This document shows positions 63,201 to 64,000 of a stretch of 64,000 nucleotides of DNA, in pieces. This DNA is from Hormiphora californensis (Eukaryota > Animalia > Ctenophora). The DNA lies in NCBI GenBank assembly GCA_020137815.1, contig CM035361.1:4650001-4714000 (forward strand), in the 5' to 3' direction. How positions within the stretch are numbered: position 1 is the first letter of the stretch; each line of letters opens with the position of its first letter. The translations under genes were made by a program, and so were the position numbers. The notes below the pieces were generated by a model. It had not been told where the DNA came from. It was given only the letters and a program-made list of their open reading frames with translations, and searched no databases.

Positions 63201-64000
63201 ACTCCAGGGAAGCGAGGGATCCATCTCGAAGGGTATCATCATCATCATCATCATCGTCAGAATCCTCCTTAGGATCAGATGCAGGCTGACCTCCGAAGCA
63301 AGACTTTCCTTTAGGTTTCTTGGGAGCATCCAGGGAGAGTGAGTCTACATCTGGCTTACCAAGACCACAAAGTCCACCAAATGGTTTCTTCTTTTTCTCC
63401 GGTCCGATTTTAACCGCCTTTGGATGGGGGTCAAACGCGTTTTCTTTCGTTCTCTGAGAGGGTGAGTGTTCGGAGGGAATGATATCGAGAGGAACCTTGA
63501 GCGAGTGAACCGATCCAGCAGAGATGGAGGGCGCCTCAGCATTGAGGACGGGGGCTTCCACTTCCACTGCTGCCTCAGGGATATCAATAGCAGGGACCAC
63601 TGGTTCTGAAATATCCGGCATTGGGATATCCGATTTGAGTGAAATGCGATCCGATTTGTCAGGGAGTGAAACGTGATCTGATTTAACCGAGAGTGACTTC
63701 GCCGATAGTGAGATAGGATCCAGTTTTGCTGAGAGTGAGATATGATCCGATTTAGTAGAGAGGGAGGGTGACTTGATCGCTTCTGGCATCGCCACATCAG
63801 CATCCAAACTGGGCAGCAACTCGCTCTTTTCACTCTTCTCCCCGCCCACAGATTTAATATCCATCTCCGGGGTATCAACTCTGATTTCTGGGATTCCAAG
63901 TTTGGGGCTTCCCGAAGTGGTACTGTGTGACGTTAGTTGCAGCCTATCAGGTGAGGGAGAAAGCACGGCAGTCTTCCTTGAGAACGGAGGACAAAGTGGA
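60287..64000 (-). CDS. Large acidic Pro/Gly-rich protein with many (I/L)LGPDGxP repeats, 3' part
   Basis: Exon of more than 3 kb ending at donor 60896, spliced in phase to last exon 60479-60287 (...HVYVHVCQSNPV*). The 5' end lies beyond the window. Confidence 0.85.
60686..60885. mobile_element. Palindromic MITE in the last intron of the GPDG gene
   Basis: GGGGGAAA(A)CAGTC(G/A)TGCC(C/T)GAACC inverted ends; internal CTGAGACCTGAGATCTCAG motifs. Confidence 0.75.

Overview
Eukaryotic, intron-rich and repeat-rich DNA. The organism is inferred to be a ctenophore (Pleurobrachia-like), from recognising its abundant MITE families. Most short ORFs in the supplied track are artefacts; the real genes were assembled by hand from GT-AG exons. 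Genes found: the 3' end of BCKDHA, two uncharacterised minus-strand genes, a long TPR-like gene (about 25.1-43.1 kb), NPC2, a secreted NtA-TSP1-cystine-knot protein, a DM9-like/beta-trefoil protein, sedoheptulokinase and the 3' part of a large GPDG-repeat protein. Introns of the TPR-like gene hold a near-complete CR1/L2-type LINE and two same-strand intronless genes (a cathepsin-ShK fusion and an SRCR/(PAPT)n protein). Many non-autonomous DNA transposons with clear TIRs and TSDs are present, some nested four deep. The most unusual signal is that several introns are built from tandem copies of their own splice junctions. The apparent satellite at 1-1375 is 12 copies of the BCKDHA exon encoding the regulatory phospho-loop plus its donor site. 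It is followed by 7 decoy copies of the next acceptor, each leading into an in-frame stop. Similar junction duplications, and a recurring TGCCCATATATGG-type motif beside splice sites, occur in several other genes here.
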